Part shown: piece after piece, positions 8,171 through 15,426 of the stretch
How the letters are laid out: each line of letters opens with the position of its first letter
How positions within the stretch are numbered: the stretch's first letter is position 1
NCBI RefSeq assembly: GCF_035285525.1
Contig: NZ_JAYKGW010000062.1
Location: 1 to 17,895, forward strand
DNA: 17,895 bases
Source: Okeania sp.
GTDB lineage: Bacteria > Cyanobacteriota > Cyanobacteriia > Cyanobacteriales > Microcoleaceae
Reading direction: 5' to 3'
Position numbers and translations under genes: made by a program
The notes under the pieces: model-generated
Seen by the model: the letters and a program-made list of their open reading frames with translations, nothing else
Databases searched by the model: none
What the model was told of the DNA's origin: nothing

Positions 8171-9799
8171 ATGTCCATTGAAATAGAAACAGAATTGCAA
8201 ACAGCAGTAGATAAACGACGTAATTTTGCAATTATTTCTCACCCTGATGCTGGTAAAACTACCCTTACAGAAAAACTATTATTGTACGGAGGTGCTATTC
8301 AAGAAGCTGGAGCAGTAAAAGCCAAAAGAGCGCAACGTCATGCCACCTCCGACTGGATGGAAATGGAACAACAAAGAGGTATTTCTATTACTTCTACAGT
8401 TCTCCAATTTGAGTATCAAAACTGTCAAATAAACCTCCTAGATACTCCCGGTCACCAAGATTTTAGTGAAGATACATATAGAACATTAGCAGCAGCAGAT
8501 AATGCTGTAATGTTAGAAGATGCAGCTAAAGGTTTAGAACCTCAAACTCGCAAATTATTTGAAGTTTGTAAAATGCGAAAATTACCCATTTTTACCTTTA
8601 TAAATAAAATGGATAGACCAGGGAGAGAACCTTTAGAATTATTAGATGAAATTGAACAGGAATTAGGTTTAAAAACCTATCCTGTAAATTGGCCGATAGG
8701 TATGGGCGATCGCTTTAAAGGAGTATTTGATAGAAGAAAAAAACAAATTCACTTATTTGAAAGAAGTATTCATGGGAGTAAAACAGCAACAAATACAGTA
8801 GTAAATTTAGGTGATCCTCAAATAGAAGAACTATTAGAAGAAGACCTTTATTATCAACTCAAAGAAGATATAGAATTGTTAGATGAATTAGGTGAAGAGT
8901 TAGATTTGGAAAAGATACATAATGGAGAAATGACACCTGTATTTTTTGGTAGTGCTATGACTAATTTTGGGGTGCAATTATTCTTAGATGCTTTCTTAGA
9001 ATATGCTCTAAAACCAGGTACTCATAAAAGTACAGTTGGGGAAATTTCTCCTACTTATGAAAACTTCACTGGATTTGTGTTTAAATTGCAAGCTAATATG
9101 GATCCAAAACATCGAGATAGAGTGGCTTTTATCAGAGTTTGCACAGGAAAATTTGAAAAAGACATGACAGTTAGTCATGCTAGAACAGGTAAAACAGTAC
9201 GATTATCTCGTCCGCAAAAGTTATTTGCTCAAGACAGAGAATCTATTGATGATGCCTATCCTGGTGACATAATTGGTTTAAATAATCCTGGAGTTTTTGC
9301 CATAGGAGATACTATTTATAATGGTAAGAAATTAGAGTATGAAGGTATCCCTTGTTTTTCACCAGAAATATTTGCTTATTTAAGAAATCCTAATCCTTCT
9401 AAATTTAAACAATTTCGTAAAGGAGTTAATGAATTAAGAGAAGAGGGGGCGGTGCAAATTATGTACTCAGCAGATGAGACAAAAAGAGACCCTATTTTGG
9501 CTGCTGTTGGGCAATTACAAATGGAAGTTGTTCAGTTTAGATTGCAGAATGAATATGGAGTAGAAACTAGATTAGAAATGTTACCTTTTAGTGTGGCACG
9601 TTGGGTAGATGGTGGTTGGGAAATACTGGAAAAAGTGGGTAGATTATTTAATACTGTAGCGGTAAAAGATAGCTGGGGAAGACCTGTTTTGTTATTTAGA
9701 AATGAATGGAATTGTCAACAGGTAGAATCTGAACATTCAGAGTTAAAATTGAATAATACTGCCCCTGTTGTTTCTGGTCAAGAACCAGAATCTTTGTAA
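8171..9799 (+). CDS. prfC: Peptide chain release factor 3 (RF3, translational GTPase)
   Basis: 542-aa ORF with G1 [19 protein letters not shown]3 DTPGHQDF and G4 NKMDR. The length and N-terminal context ([16 protein letters not shown]) are characteristic of RF3. Confidence 0.96.
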   Translation: MSIEIETELQTAVDKRRNFAIISHPDAGKTTLTEKLLLYGGAIQEAGAVKAKRAQRHATSDWMEMEQQRGISITSTVLQFEYQNCQINLLDTPGHQDFSEDTYRTLAAADNAVMLEDAAKGLEPQTRKLFEVCKMRKLPIFTFINKMDRPGREPLELLDEIEQELGLKTYPVNWPIGMGDRFKGVFDRRKKQIHLFERSIHGSKTATNTVVNLGDPQIEELLEEDLYYQLKEDIELLDELGEELDLEKIHNGEMTPVFFGSAMTNFGVQLFLDAFLEYALKPGTHKSTVGEISPTYENFTGFVFKLQANMDPKHRDRVAFIRVCTGKFEKDMTVSHARTGKTVRLSRPQKLFAQDRESIDDAYPGDIIGLNNPGVFAIGDTIYNGKKLEYEGIPCFSPEIFAYLRNPNPSKFKQFRKGVNELREEGAVQIMYSADETKRDPILAAVGQLQMEVVQFRLQNEYGVETRLEMLPFSVARWVDGGWEILEKVGRLFNTVAVKDSWGRPVLLFRNEWNCQQVESEHSELKLNNTAPVVSGQEPESL

Positions 9800-9831
9800 A
9801 AGAAGGAACAAGGAATAAGGAAGAAGGAAAG
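9800..9831 (+). repeat. STRR heptamer array, GAAGGAA-type, starting at the first base after the prfC stop
   Basis: aagaagg aacaagg aataagg aagaagg aaagg, period 7. Confidence 0.85.
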
Positions 9832-10041
9832 GCTTTTTCAACTTTACTTTGAGCTTTTACTTTTCTCTGGAAAAAGGAGGAAGTAATCAGGAAGAAGTAA
9901 AAGCTTTTTCAAGTTTACTTTTAACTTTTATCTTTTCCCAGGAAAAAGGAGGAAGGCTTTAGTTATCTAGGAGAGAACAAAAAAAGTAAAGACTTTTTCA
10001 ACTTTACTTTGAGCTTTTATTTTTGATCAGGAAAAAGTTAG
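9824..10041. repeat. Three copies of a terminator-like unit of about 55 bp (aagtaaaGctttttcaactttactttgagcttttaNtttt...ggaaaaag)
   Basis: The copies lie at about 9824-9880, 9895-9952 and 9985-10041. Each contains an aagtaaa(g)/(c)tttactt hairpin followed by a T-rich run. ttagttatctagRagag also recurs at 9958-9975 and 10036-10054. Confidence 0.75.
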
Positions 10042-10068
10042 TTATCTAGAAGAGTTTAGTAGTGACGC

Positions 10069-10127
10069 GTCAAGCTTGAAATAGTGTTTTAGGAAAATCC
10101 TAAAAGGCTGATTTTTCAAAGCTTGAC
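10069..10127. mobile_element. Small palindromic (MITE-like) element
   Basis: The outer arms are gtcaagcttgaaa (10069-10081) and tttcaaagcttgac (10114-10127). The inner hairpin ttttagga-aaa-tcctaaaa (10087-10105) is perfect. Confidence 0.55.
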
Positions 10128-10200
10128 ATCAAAAATCTATTCTACCATTTTAAGCTTGACACACTGGTAGTGGACTGTTTCATCTAAAATAGTGCATATG

Positions 10201-10261
10201 GTAGGGGCGGGTTTATGCGGCAATTTTGATACTACTCTAATATTTATACAAACCCGCCCCT
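10201..10261. mobile_element. GGGGCGGGTTT...AAACCCGCCCC hairpin element (copy 1)
   Basis: gtaggggcgggttta ... acaaacccgcccct. Inverted termini of this kind are very common in Nostocales small dispersed repeats/MITEs (recollection). Confidence 0.7.
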
Positions 10262-10288
10262 GAGACGGTGGCTTATACTTATATCACT

Positions 10289-10373
10289 GGGGGCGGGTTG
10301 ATCTAACGAGCTATAGAAAACTCGTTGTAGGGACGCCCTTATGCAACGTCCCTACGGTGAAACCCGCCCCTAC
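10289..10373. mobile_element. GGGGCGGGTT...AAACCCGCCCCTAC hairpin element (copy 2) interrupted by two further hairpin modules
   Basis: The termini are gggggcgggttg and gaaacccgcccctac. Inside are aacgag-N10-ctcgtt (10305-10326) and gtagggacg-N11-cgtccctac (10327-10355). Confidence 0.7.
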
Positions 10374-10416
10374 GGCGTCTTACTAATGCACTATTTTAGG
10401 CGAAACAATCCAGTAG

Positions 10417-10442
10417 GGTGTGTTATGCTTCCCTAACACACC
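10417..10442. repeat. Hairpin ggtgtgtta-N8-taacacacc
   Basis: Perfect 9-bp stem. It overlaps an alternative pairing, atgcttc/gaagcat. Confidence 0.6.
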
Positions 10443-10486
10443 GAAGCATTCTGCAGAAGGGTTTCGTTAATAGGGGGTTTCAGCTA

Positions 10487-10754
10487 CTATTACACAACAG
10501 TTTCATTAATACAGAAATTACGGAAAGGTACTATTTATAGAGTTAAAAAACTATTGCGCAATAGTTTTAGACGCTACATATAGCGTCTCTGCGTAAGTCC
10601 TATAATCATCAACTTCTTGTCAGGCGATCGCCATCCTAGCACTTTATCTAAAATCTAAAAACTATTGTACAACAGTTTCATTAATAGTCAACTTAGTAGA
10701 TAATTAGAGCTACCTAGACAGTTTATCGAAACTCGAAAAACTGTTGTACAACAG
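10487..10754. repeat. Four copies of a 14-bp palindromic motif CTRTTGYRCAAYAG with A-rich/T-rich flanks
   Basis: 10487-10500 is ctattacacaacag (degenerate). 10551-10564 is ctattgcgcaatag (perfect, and part of a 22-nt perfect palindrome at 10547-10568). 10662-10675 is ctattgtacaacag. 10741-10754 is ctgttgtacaacag (perfect). Copies 1 and 3 are followed by tttcattaata. Confidence 0.75.
10569..10588. repeat. Hairpin agacgcta-cata-tagcgtct
   Basis: 8-bp stem with a 4-nt loop, of the same style as the gtagggacg...cgtccctac module. Confidence 0.6.
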
Positions 10755-10818
10755 ATGAATTAGTCATCAATTCAAATCAAACCTTATGATTTATTTCTAA
10801 CCATTAATTCACTAAATT

Positions 10819-11334
10819 ATGATTAGTAAAATAGTATTAGCTGTATCTACATTACAAATTCTCATACATACTAAAAATTCAATAATTACTATTCCTTTTA
10901 CTACATCTATTAAACCTAATATCTTGGTTCAACAAGAGACACCAGAAAATTTAGCAGCCCAAGCATTATATTACGCAGAAAATGCTTCGACTTTTAATAA
11001 CTATCCTGAATATAAAAGACAATTGAAAAAGGCTAAAAAATTAATATTAGCACTACCAAAATCTGAGGTTAAAAAGAAGTTAAAATCCGCTTTAGATATT
11101 CATCTTGTTGTTGAAGATTTACCTGATTGTGACGATAATGAGCCAGACTTAGAAATACAAAATGAGTGTACTCAGAAAAAACTATCAAAAATCACCGATA
11201 TTTCACCTTTTGCTGCTCAAACAGTTACACAATTAGAAGAAGAACTTCCCGTTGACATTAGTTTTATCAGAATACGACCAAGATTAATACAAGACGCCAT
11301 AAATTGGCGTAAATCTGTATTACCTGAAATTTAA
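10819..11334 (+). CDS. Hypothetical protein (hydrophobic N-terminus, Lys/Glu-rich body)
   Basis: A 171-codon ORF is unlikely by chance in this AT-rich DNA. I recognised no motif. The start codon is uncertain. Confidence 0.5.
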   Translation: MISKIVLAVSTLQILIHTKNSIITIPFTTSIKPNILVQQETPENLAAQALYYAENASTFNNYPEYKRQLKKAKKLILALPKSEVKKKLKSALDIHLVVEDLPDCDDNEPDLEIQNECTQKKLSKITDISPFAAQTVTQLEEELPVDISFIRIRPRLIQDAINWRKSVLPEI

Positions 11335-11338
11335 AACA

Positions 11339-11365
11339 AAGTAAGAAGTAAGAAGTAAGAAGAAA
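11339..11365 (+). repeat. STRR heptamer array, GAAGTAA-type, 4 nt after the ORF171 stop
   Basis: aagtaag aagtaag aagtaag aagaaaa, followed by ...ccaactttactttgaattttc as in the 9824-10041 units. Confidence 0.85.
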
Positions 11366-11491
11366 AGTCTAAATTTTCCAACTTTACTTTGAATTTTCAA
11401 ATTCTACAGCAATTTCCGATTTTTTAAAACCTTAATCCGTATGTCCGTGGCAAAAATCCGTGTGTTGCTTTACCTACTCCCTAATAAAAAA

Positions 11492-12763
11492 ATGATTAAA
11501 ATTCTCCATCTTTCAGACATACATATTGGCAGTGGTTTTTCCCACGGACGTATCAATCCAGAAACAGGTTTAAACACTCGCCTCGAAGACTTTATTTCTA
11601 GTCTCAAACTTTGTATAGATAAAGCAATTTCCGAACCAGTTGACTTAGTTTTATTCGGTGGAGATGCTTTCCCAGATGCCACTCCAGCACCATACATTAA
11701 ACAAGCTTTTTCTGCTCAATTACGTCGTTTAGTAGATGCTCAAATTCCTACAGTATTATTAGTAGGAAATCACGACCAACATTCTCAAGGTCAAGGAGGT
11801 GCGAGTTTAGGTATTTATCGAACTTTAGGAGTACCTGGAGTTGTGGTAGGCGATCGCTTAGAAACTCATAAAGTTTATACTCAAAATGGGGCTATTCAAA
11901 TTATTACTTTGCCTTGGTTAACTGCTTCTAATTTAATGACAAAATCAGAGACTGAAGGTAAATCTATGAGTCAGGTAAATGAGTCATTAATTGAAAAATT
12001 GCGAATAGTATTAGAATCAGAAATTAGGAAATTAAATCCAGAAATACCGACTGTACTTTTAGGTCATTTAATGGCAGATAAGGCGAGTTTAGGAGCAGAA
12101 CGTTTTTTAGCAGTTGGCAAAGGTTTTAATATTCCTGTTTCTCTGTTAAATCGACCTTGTTTTGATTATGTTGCTTTAGGTCATGTTCACAAACATCAAA
12201 ATTTGAATAAGTCTAATAATCCACCAATTATTTATCCGGGAAGTATTGAAAGAGTTGACTTCAGCGAGGAGAAAGAAGAGAAGGGTTTTGTTTTAATTGA
12301 ATTAGAAAAAGGTCAGGTTAAATGGGAATTTTGTTCTCTACCAGTTCGAGGTTTTCAGACTATTAAAGTTAATGTCTCAGAAGCAGAAAATCCACAAACT
12401 GAGTTATTAAAAGATATTAGTAAATATCAAATAGAAAATGCAGTAGTGAGATTAATTTATCAATTACGTTCCGAACAATTAGATATGATTGATAATGGGG
12501 TTTTACATCAAGCTTTAAGTCAAGCACATACTTATACTATTCAACCAGAATTAGTTAGTCAGTTAGCCAGACCTCGTTTACCTGAATTATCAACAGATAA
12601 TAGTATTGACCCTCTAGAAGCATTAAAAACTTACTTAGAAAATCGGGAAGATATTCAAGATATTCAAGAAGAAATGTTAGAAGCTGCTGCTAAATTATTA
12701 GCAATAACAGGAGATTTATCAGCAGAAAATTCTGATGTTCAGTTAAGTTTATTTAGTAAATAA
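11492..12763 (+). CDS. sbcD: SbcD/Mre11-family DNA repair exonuclease (metallophosphoesterase)
   Basis: It carries the calcineurin-like nuclease motifs in order: LSDIHIG, GGDAFPD, GNHD, LGH, GHVH. I prefer Met18 (11492, MIKILHLSDIH) as the start. The ORF-track start at 11441 is the alternative. HIP1 site at 11850-11857. Confidence 0.88.
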   Translation: MIKILHLSDIHIGSGFSHGRINPETGLNTRLEDFISSLKLCIDKAISEPVDLVLFGGDAFPDATPAPYIKQAFSAQLRRLVDAQIPTVLLVGNHDQHSQGQGGASLGIYRTLGVPGVVVGDRLETHKVYTQNGAIQIITLPWLTASNLMTKSETEGKSMSQVNESLIEKLRIVLESEIRKLNPEIPTVLLGHLMADKASLGAERFLAVGKGFNIPVSLLNRPCFDYVALGHVHKHQNLNKSNNPPIIYPGSIERVDFSEEKEEKGFVLIELEKGQVKWEFCSLPVRGFQTIKVNVSEAENPQTELLKDISKYQIENAVVRLIYQLRSEQLDMIDNGVLHQALSQAHTYTIQPELVSQLARPRLPELSTDNSIDPLEALKTYLENREDIQDIQEEMLEAAAKLLAITGDLSAENSDVQLSLFSK

Positions 12764-12965
12764 GGGAATAGGGAACAGGGAACAGGGAACAGGGGATAGG
12801 GAATAGGAAATAGGAAGAAATAATTGATTCTATTTTGAGATTTTTGAAGATGTCTAAGTAGTAGGGAATAGGGAACAAGGAATAGGTAAAAGGAAGAAAT
12901 AATTGATAGTTTCAGGATAATAATTAATTTTATTTTTGATTTTTGAAGATGTCTAAGTAGTAGTA
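12764..12965. repeat. Tandem duplication (2 units of about 100 bp), each unit being a GGGAAYA STRR array plus a shared tail
   Basis: Unit 1 is 12764-12863 and unit 2 is 12864-12965. Both start gggaatagggaaca..., contain aggaagaaataattgat and end gatttttgaagatgtctaagtagta. A third unit starts at 12966 (gggaaca) and breaks off. Unit 1 starts at the first base after the sbcD-like stop. Confidence 0.8.
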
Positions 12966-12998
12966 GGGAACAATAAAAGAAATTAAATTCTTTTTTCT

Positions 12999-13042
12999 TA
13001 TTTCTTCCTTCAAAAATACCTATTTCTTCCTTCAAAAATACC
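12999..13042. repeat. Perfect 22-bp tandem duplicate (tatttcttccttcaaaaatacc x2)
   Basis: 12999-13020 and 13021-13042 are identical. Confidence 0.9.
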
Positions 13043-13046
13043 TAAA

Positions 13047-13110
13047 CTCTTCCTCCTTCTTCCTTCTTCCTTCTTCCTTCTTCCTTCTTCCTTCTTCCTT
13101 CTTCCTTCCT
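13047..13110 (-). repeat. STRR heptamer array (CTTCCTT)n, about eight units, which reads AAGGAAG on the minus strand directly after the response-regulator stop
   Basis: cttcctccttcttccttcttccttc...cttccttcct ends at 13110. The stop codon is at 13111-13113. Confidence 0.9.
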
Positions 13111-13851
13111 TCACCCAAATCTATATCCAAAACCTCTCACAGTAATTACATACTCACACTTACTAGGATTTATCTCTAGTTTCTCCCGTAACCAACGAAT
13201 ATGCACATCAACAGTTTTACTATCCCCAATAAAATCTGGTCCCCAAACTTGTTCCAATAATTGTTCACGAGACCAAACTCTCCGTGGATAACTCATAAAT
13301 AATTCCAATAGACGAAATTGTTTAGGAGAAAGTTTCACATCTTCACCTCTAACCGTTACTCGACATTCCTCCGGATAAAGTATTATCTCTTTATACTGAA
13401 GCATAACTGGTTGGGGTGATTTACCTAAATTTTGACGACGCATTAGAGCATAGCAACGAGCCATAAACTCTCGCATCCCAAAAGGTTTAGTCACATAATC
13501 ATCAGCTCCAGCTTCTAAATAAAAAGCACAATTATTAGCACTACCTTTTGCCCCGAGAATCATTATTGGTATTAAATTACCTTGATGTCTTAACATCCGA
13601 CATATATCTAAACCATTAGTAGAGTCAAGAATTAGTAGGTTAAAAGATTGTCTAGGTTTAGCTAATAAAGAATTTTCCAGATAGGGAATAACACTACGGA
13701 CGTCTGGAGCAATAACCACTTCATAATCTTGCTCTTCTAAAGCAAGAGTTAACATATCCCGAAACAACTCTTCAGTCTCTAATAATAAAATCTTGCTATT
13801 TGTTCTGACGGCAGACTTGCAAGGAAGTTCGCTTAGTTCTTGGGAAAACAT
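13111..13851 (-). CDS. OmpR/PhoB-family response regulator with atypical receiver domain
   Basis: 246-aa ORF. The C-terminal winged helix carries VDVHIRWLREKLE...ITVRGFGYRFG. The receiver has D76 and K122, but the acidic pair reads E25-T26 and the Thr/Ser switch position is G100. Confidence 0.92.
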   Translation of the reverse strand: MFSQELSELPCKSAVRTNSKILLLETEELFRDMLTLALEEQDYEVVIAPDVRSVIPYLENSLLAKPRQSFNLLILDSTNGLDICRMLRHQGNLIPIMILGAKGSANNCAFYLEAGADDYVTKPFGMREFMARCYALMRRQNLGKSPQPVMLQYKEIILYPEECRVTVRGEDVKLSPKQFRLLELFMSYPRRVWSREQLLEQVWGPDFIGDSKTVDVHIRWLREKLEINPSKCEYVITVRGFGYRFG

Positions 13852-14682
13852 AAAATGTTGCTTTTAATAAGTTTGATGTTGAATTATTAGTTTTGCCTTA
13901 CCGAGGAATTAGGCAATTGTTAATTGTGTAGCTAAATTAACTGAATTAATTCTGAACCATCCGACTGCCAAAAGCACTGGGTTTTTCTCCCATCGATACA
14001 ACGCATTCTGACTATGAAGTATCACTAGAGCAACTATAGAACTAGCGGAATCTTTTCTGTTGTCTAGTTTTTTCTCCTTTCTAGAGACAGGTATTAGTTT
14101 TAGTAACCATTGCCTACTTTCATATTGCATTGTTATTTTGGATACAAAAGTTTCATGCTCTTATATTAAGACTAACTGGTTAATAAAAAGTTAAGTTTAG
14201 TTTATGAAAAGGTTAAAATCTAAAATAAATCAACTATTATAACAAATCTCTAGATTGAACAATATTTATAGTATATTAAATCTTTTAACTTAATTAAAGC
14301 ATGGCTTGACCATTTTTAAGCTCTAAACACTACAAATCTATAAAAGTTATAGAGAGTAGGGAGTAGGGAGTCAATCCACTTCTAACCCCTCCTGTGCAGG
14401 GAAAGTCAAGAGTGGGAAGGAATTATAGAGAACGTACACGGTACGGTTCCCTGTTCCCTAAAAGTAGTAGGACTTTTATCCACAAATAAAATAGGATGGT
14501 TATAGTATCTATACTTAACGAAGTCAGAAGTCAGAATTTGTTTTTGTCACAGGGATTTCAGCAACGCTCCAAAAACGTTTTGCCAATTAAAGCAGGGTGG
14601 CAAGACCAAATTATTTTGATGAATTCTGTTAAGATTAAATTTTTTACTTATAGTTAAGATAAAAATTATAAAAAAGTTAGAT

Positions 14683-15426
14683 ATGTTACTACATTTAAGT
14701 ACCTGGTCGGAAGTCGAAGCTTATCTAAATCAATATCAAGGAATTATCCTACCAATTGGTTCTACTGAACAGCATGGACCTACAGGATTAATTGGAACAG
14801 ATGCTATTTGTGCAGAAGTCATCTCTAAGGGAGTAGGAGAAACAGTACAAGCATTAGTAGGACCGACAATTAATGTGGGAATGGCTTTGCATCATACAGG
14901 TTTCCCAGGTACTATTAGTCTGCGTCCTAGTACAATGATTCAAGTAATTCGTGACTATATAGTTAGTTTAGCTAGAGCAGGATTTACCAAATTTTTCTTT
15001 ATTAATGGTCATGGAGGTAATATTGCTACTCTGAAAGCTGCCTTCTCAGAAACTTATGCTCATTTAGCTGATTTAAACATTGCTAATGCAGACCAGGTTC
15101 AGTGCAAAGTGGGAAATTGGTTTATGTGCAGCTCAGTTTACAAATTAGCCAAAGAGTTATATGGCGATCAAGAGGGTTATCATGCTACACCTAGCGAAGT
15201 AGCTTTAACTCAGTATGTTTACCCAGAAGCAATTAAACAAGCGCCACTTTCAGAAAATGTTGCTAGTGGATATTCAATATATAGTGCTGCTGATTTTCGT
15301 CGCCGATATCCCGATGGTCGTATGGGTTCTAACCCTGCATTGGCAACACCCGAACATGGTGAGCAATTTTATGAGTTAGCAGTAAAAGAATTGAGTAATT
15401 CTTATTTGGAATTTATGAATAATTAG
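14683..15426 (+). CDS. Creatininase-family amidohydrolase (creatinine amidohydrolase/MftE-like fold)
   Basis: 247-aa ORF with PIGSTEQHGP near the N-terminus and FFINGHGGN, the metal-ligand motifs of the creatininase family (PF02633) as I recall them. Confidence 0.88.
   Translation: MLLHLSTWSEVEAYLNQYQGIILPIGSTEQHGPTGLIGTDAICAEVISKGVGETVQALVGPTINVGMALHHTGFPGTISLRPSTMIQVIRDYIVSLARAGFTKFFFINGHGGNIATLKAAFSETYAHLADLNIANADQVQCKVGNWFMCSSVYKLAKELYGDQEGYHATPSEVALTQYVYPEAIKQAPLSENVASGYSIYSAADFRRRYPDGRMGSNPALATPEHGEQFYELAVKELSNSYLEFMNN

Larger units (their letters stand above)
10171..10412. mobile_element. Composite MITE-like element with 27-bp imperfect terminal inverted repeats that carries nested hairpin elements
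   Basis: The left arm tggactgtttcatctaaaatagtgcat (10171-10197) matches the right arm atgcactattttaggcgaaacaatcca (10386-10412): 14/14 at the inner ends, then 10 of the next 13. The interior holds the two GGGGCGGG-type elements listed below. Confidence 0.65.

Noticed and set aside
9824-10041. CRISPR-like appearance of three regularly recurring repeats after prfC
   Set aside because: The repeat units are about 55 bp, imperfect and nearly contiguous, with no unique spacers of constant length. They contain terminator-like hairpins and STRR stubs, and there are no cas genes. This is a tandem/dispersed repeat, not a CRISPR array.
10071-10160. Three aagcttga(c) motifs (10072, 10119, 10152) that looked like iterons or direct-repeat binding sites
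   Set aside because: Two of them are simply the two arms of the 10069-10127 palindromic element. The spacing is irregular (47 and 33 bp), and the third copy adjoins the next element's flank.
11470-11697. 75-aa minus-strand ORF from the track
   Set aside because: It is antisense to the N-terminal catalytic motifs of the SbcD-like gene and is treated as a shadow ORF.
12739-13035. 98-aa minus-strand ORF from the track
   Set aside because: It is composed of translated heptamer and tandem repeats (the repeated RHLQKS... and LFP segments mirror the DNA duplication). It is an artefact of repeat periodicity, not a gene.
13909-14130. 73-aa minus-strand ORF just upstream of the response regulator
   Set aside because: It has no motif and no obvious RBS, and I cannot judge its composition as coding. 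It is kept as a question inside a finding rather than called as a CDS.
14433-14445. cGTACacgGTACg palindrome resembling the cyanobacterial LexA box (RGTACNNNDGTWCB as recalled)
   Set aside because: It is a single occurrence about 240 bp from the nearest start codon. The first position mismatches, it lies inside a repeat-rich patch, and the neighbouring genes are not SOS-type. This is not enough to call a regulatory site.
14520-14682. Possible riboswitch or leader upstream of the creatininase-family gene (I looked for guanidine-I/II/III, TPP, cobalamin and glutamine-type signatures)
   Set aside because: Only weak hairpins are present (ttgcca-N12-tggcaa at 14580-14603). None of the conserved cores I can recall, such as ACGR-loop hairpin pairs or GGGA/ACACGG blocks in the right order, is present.
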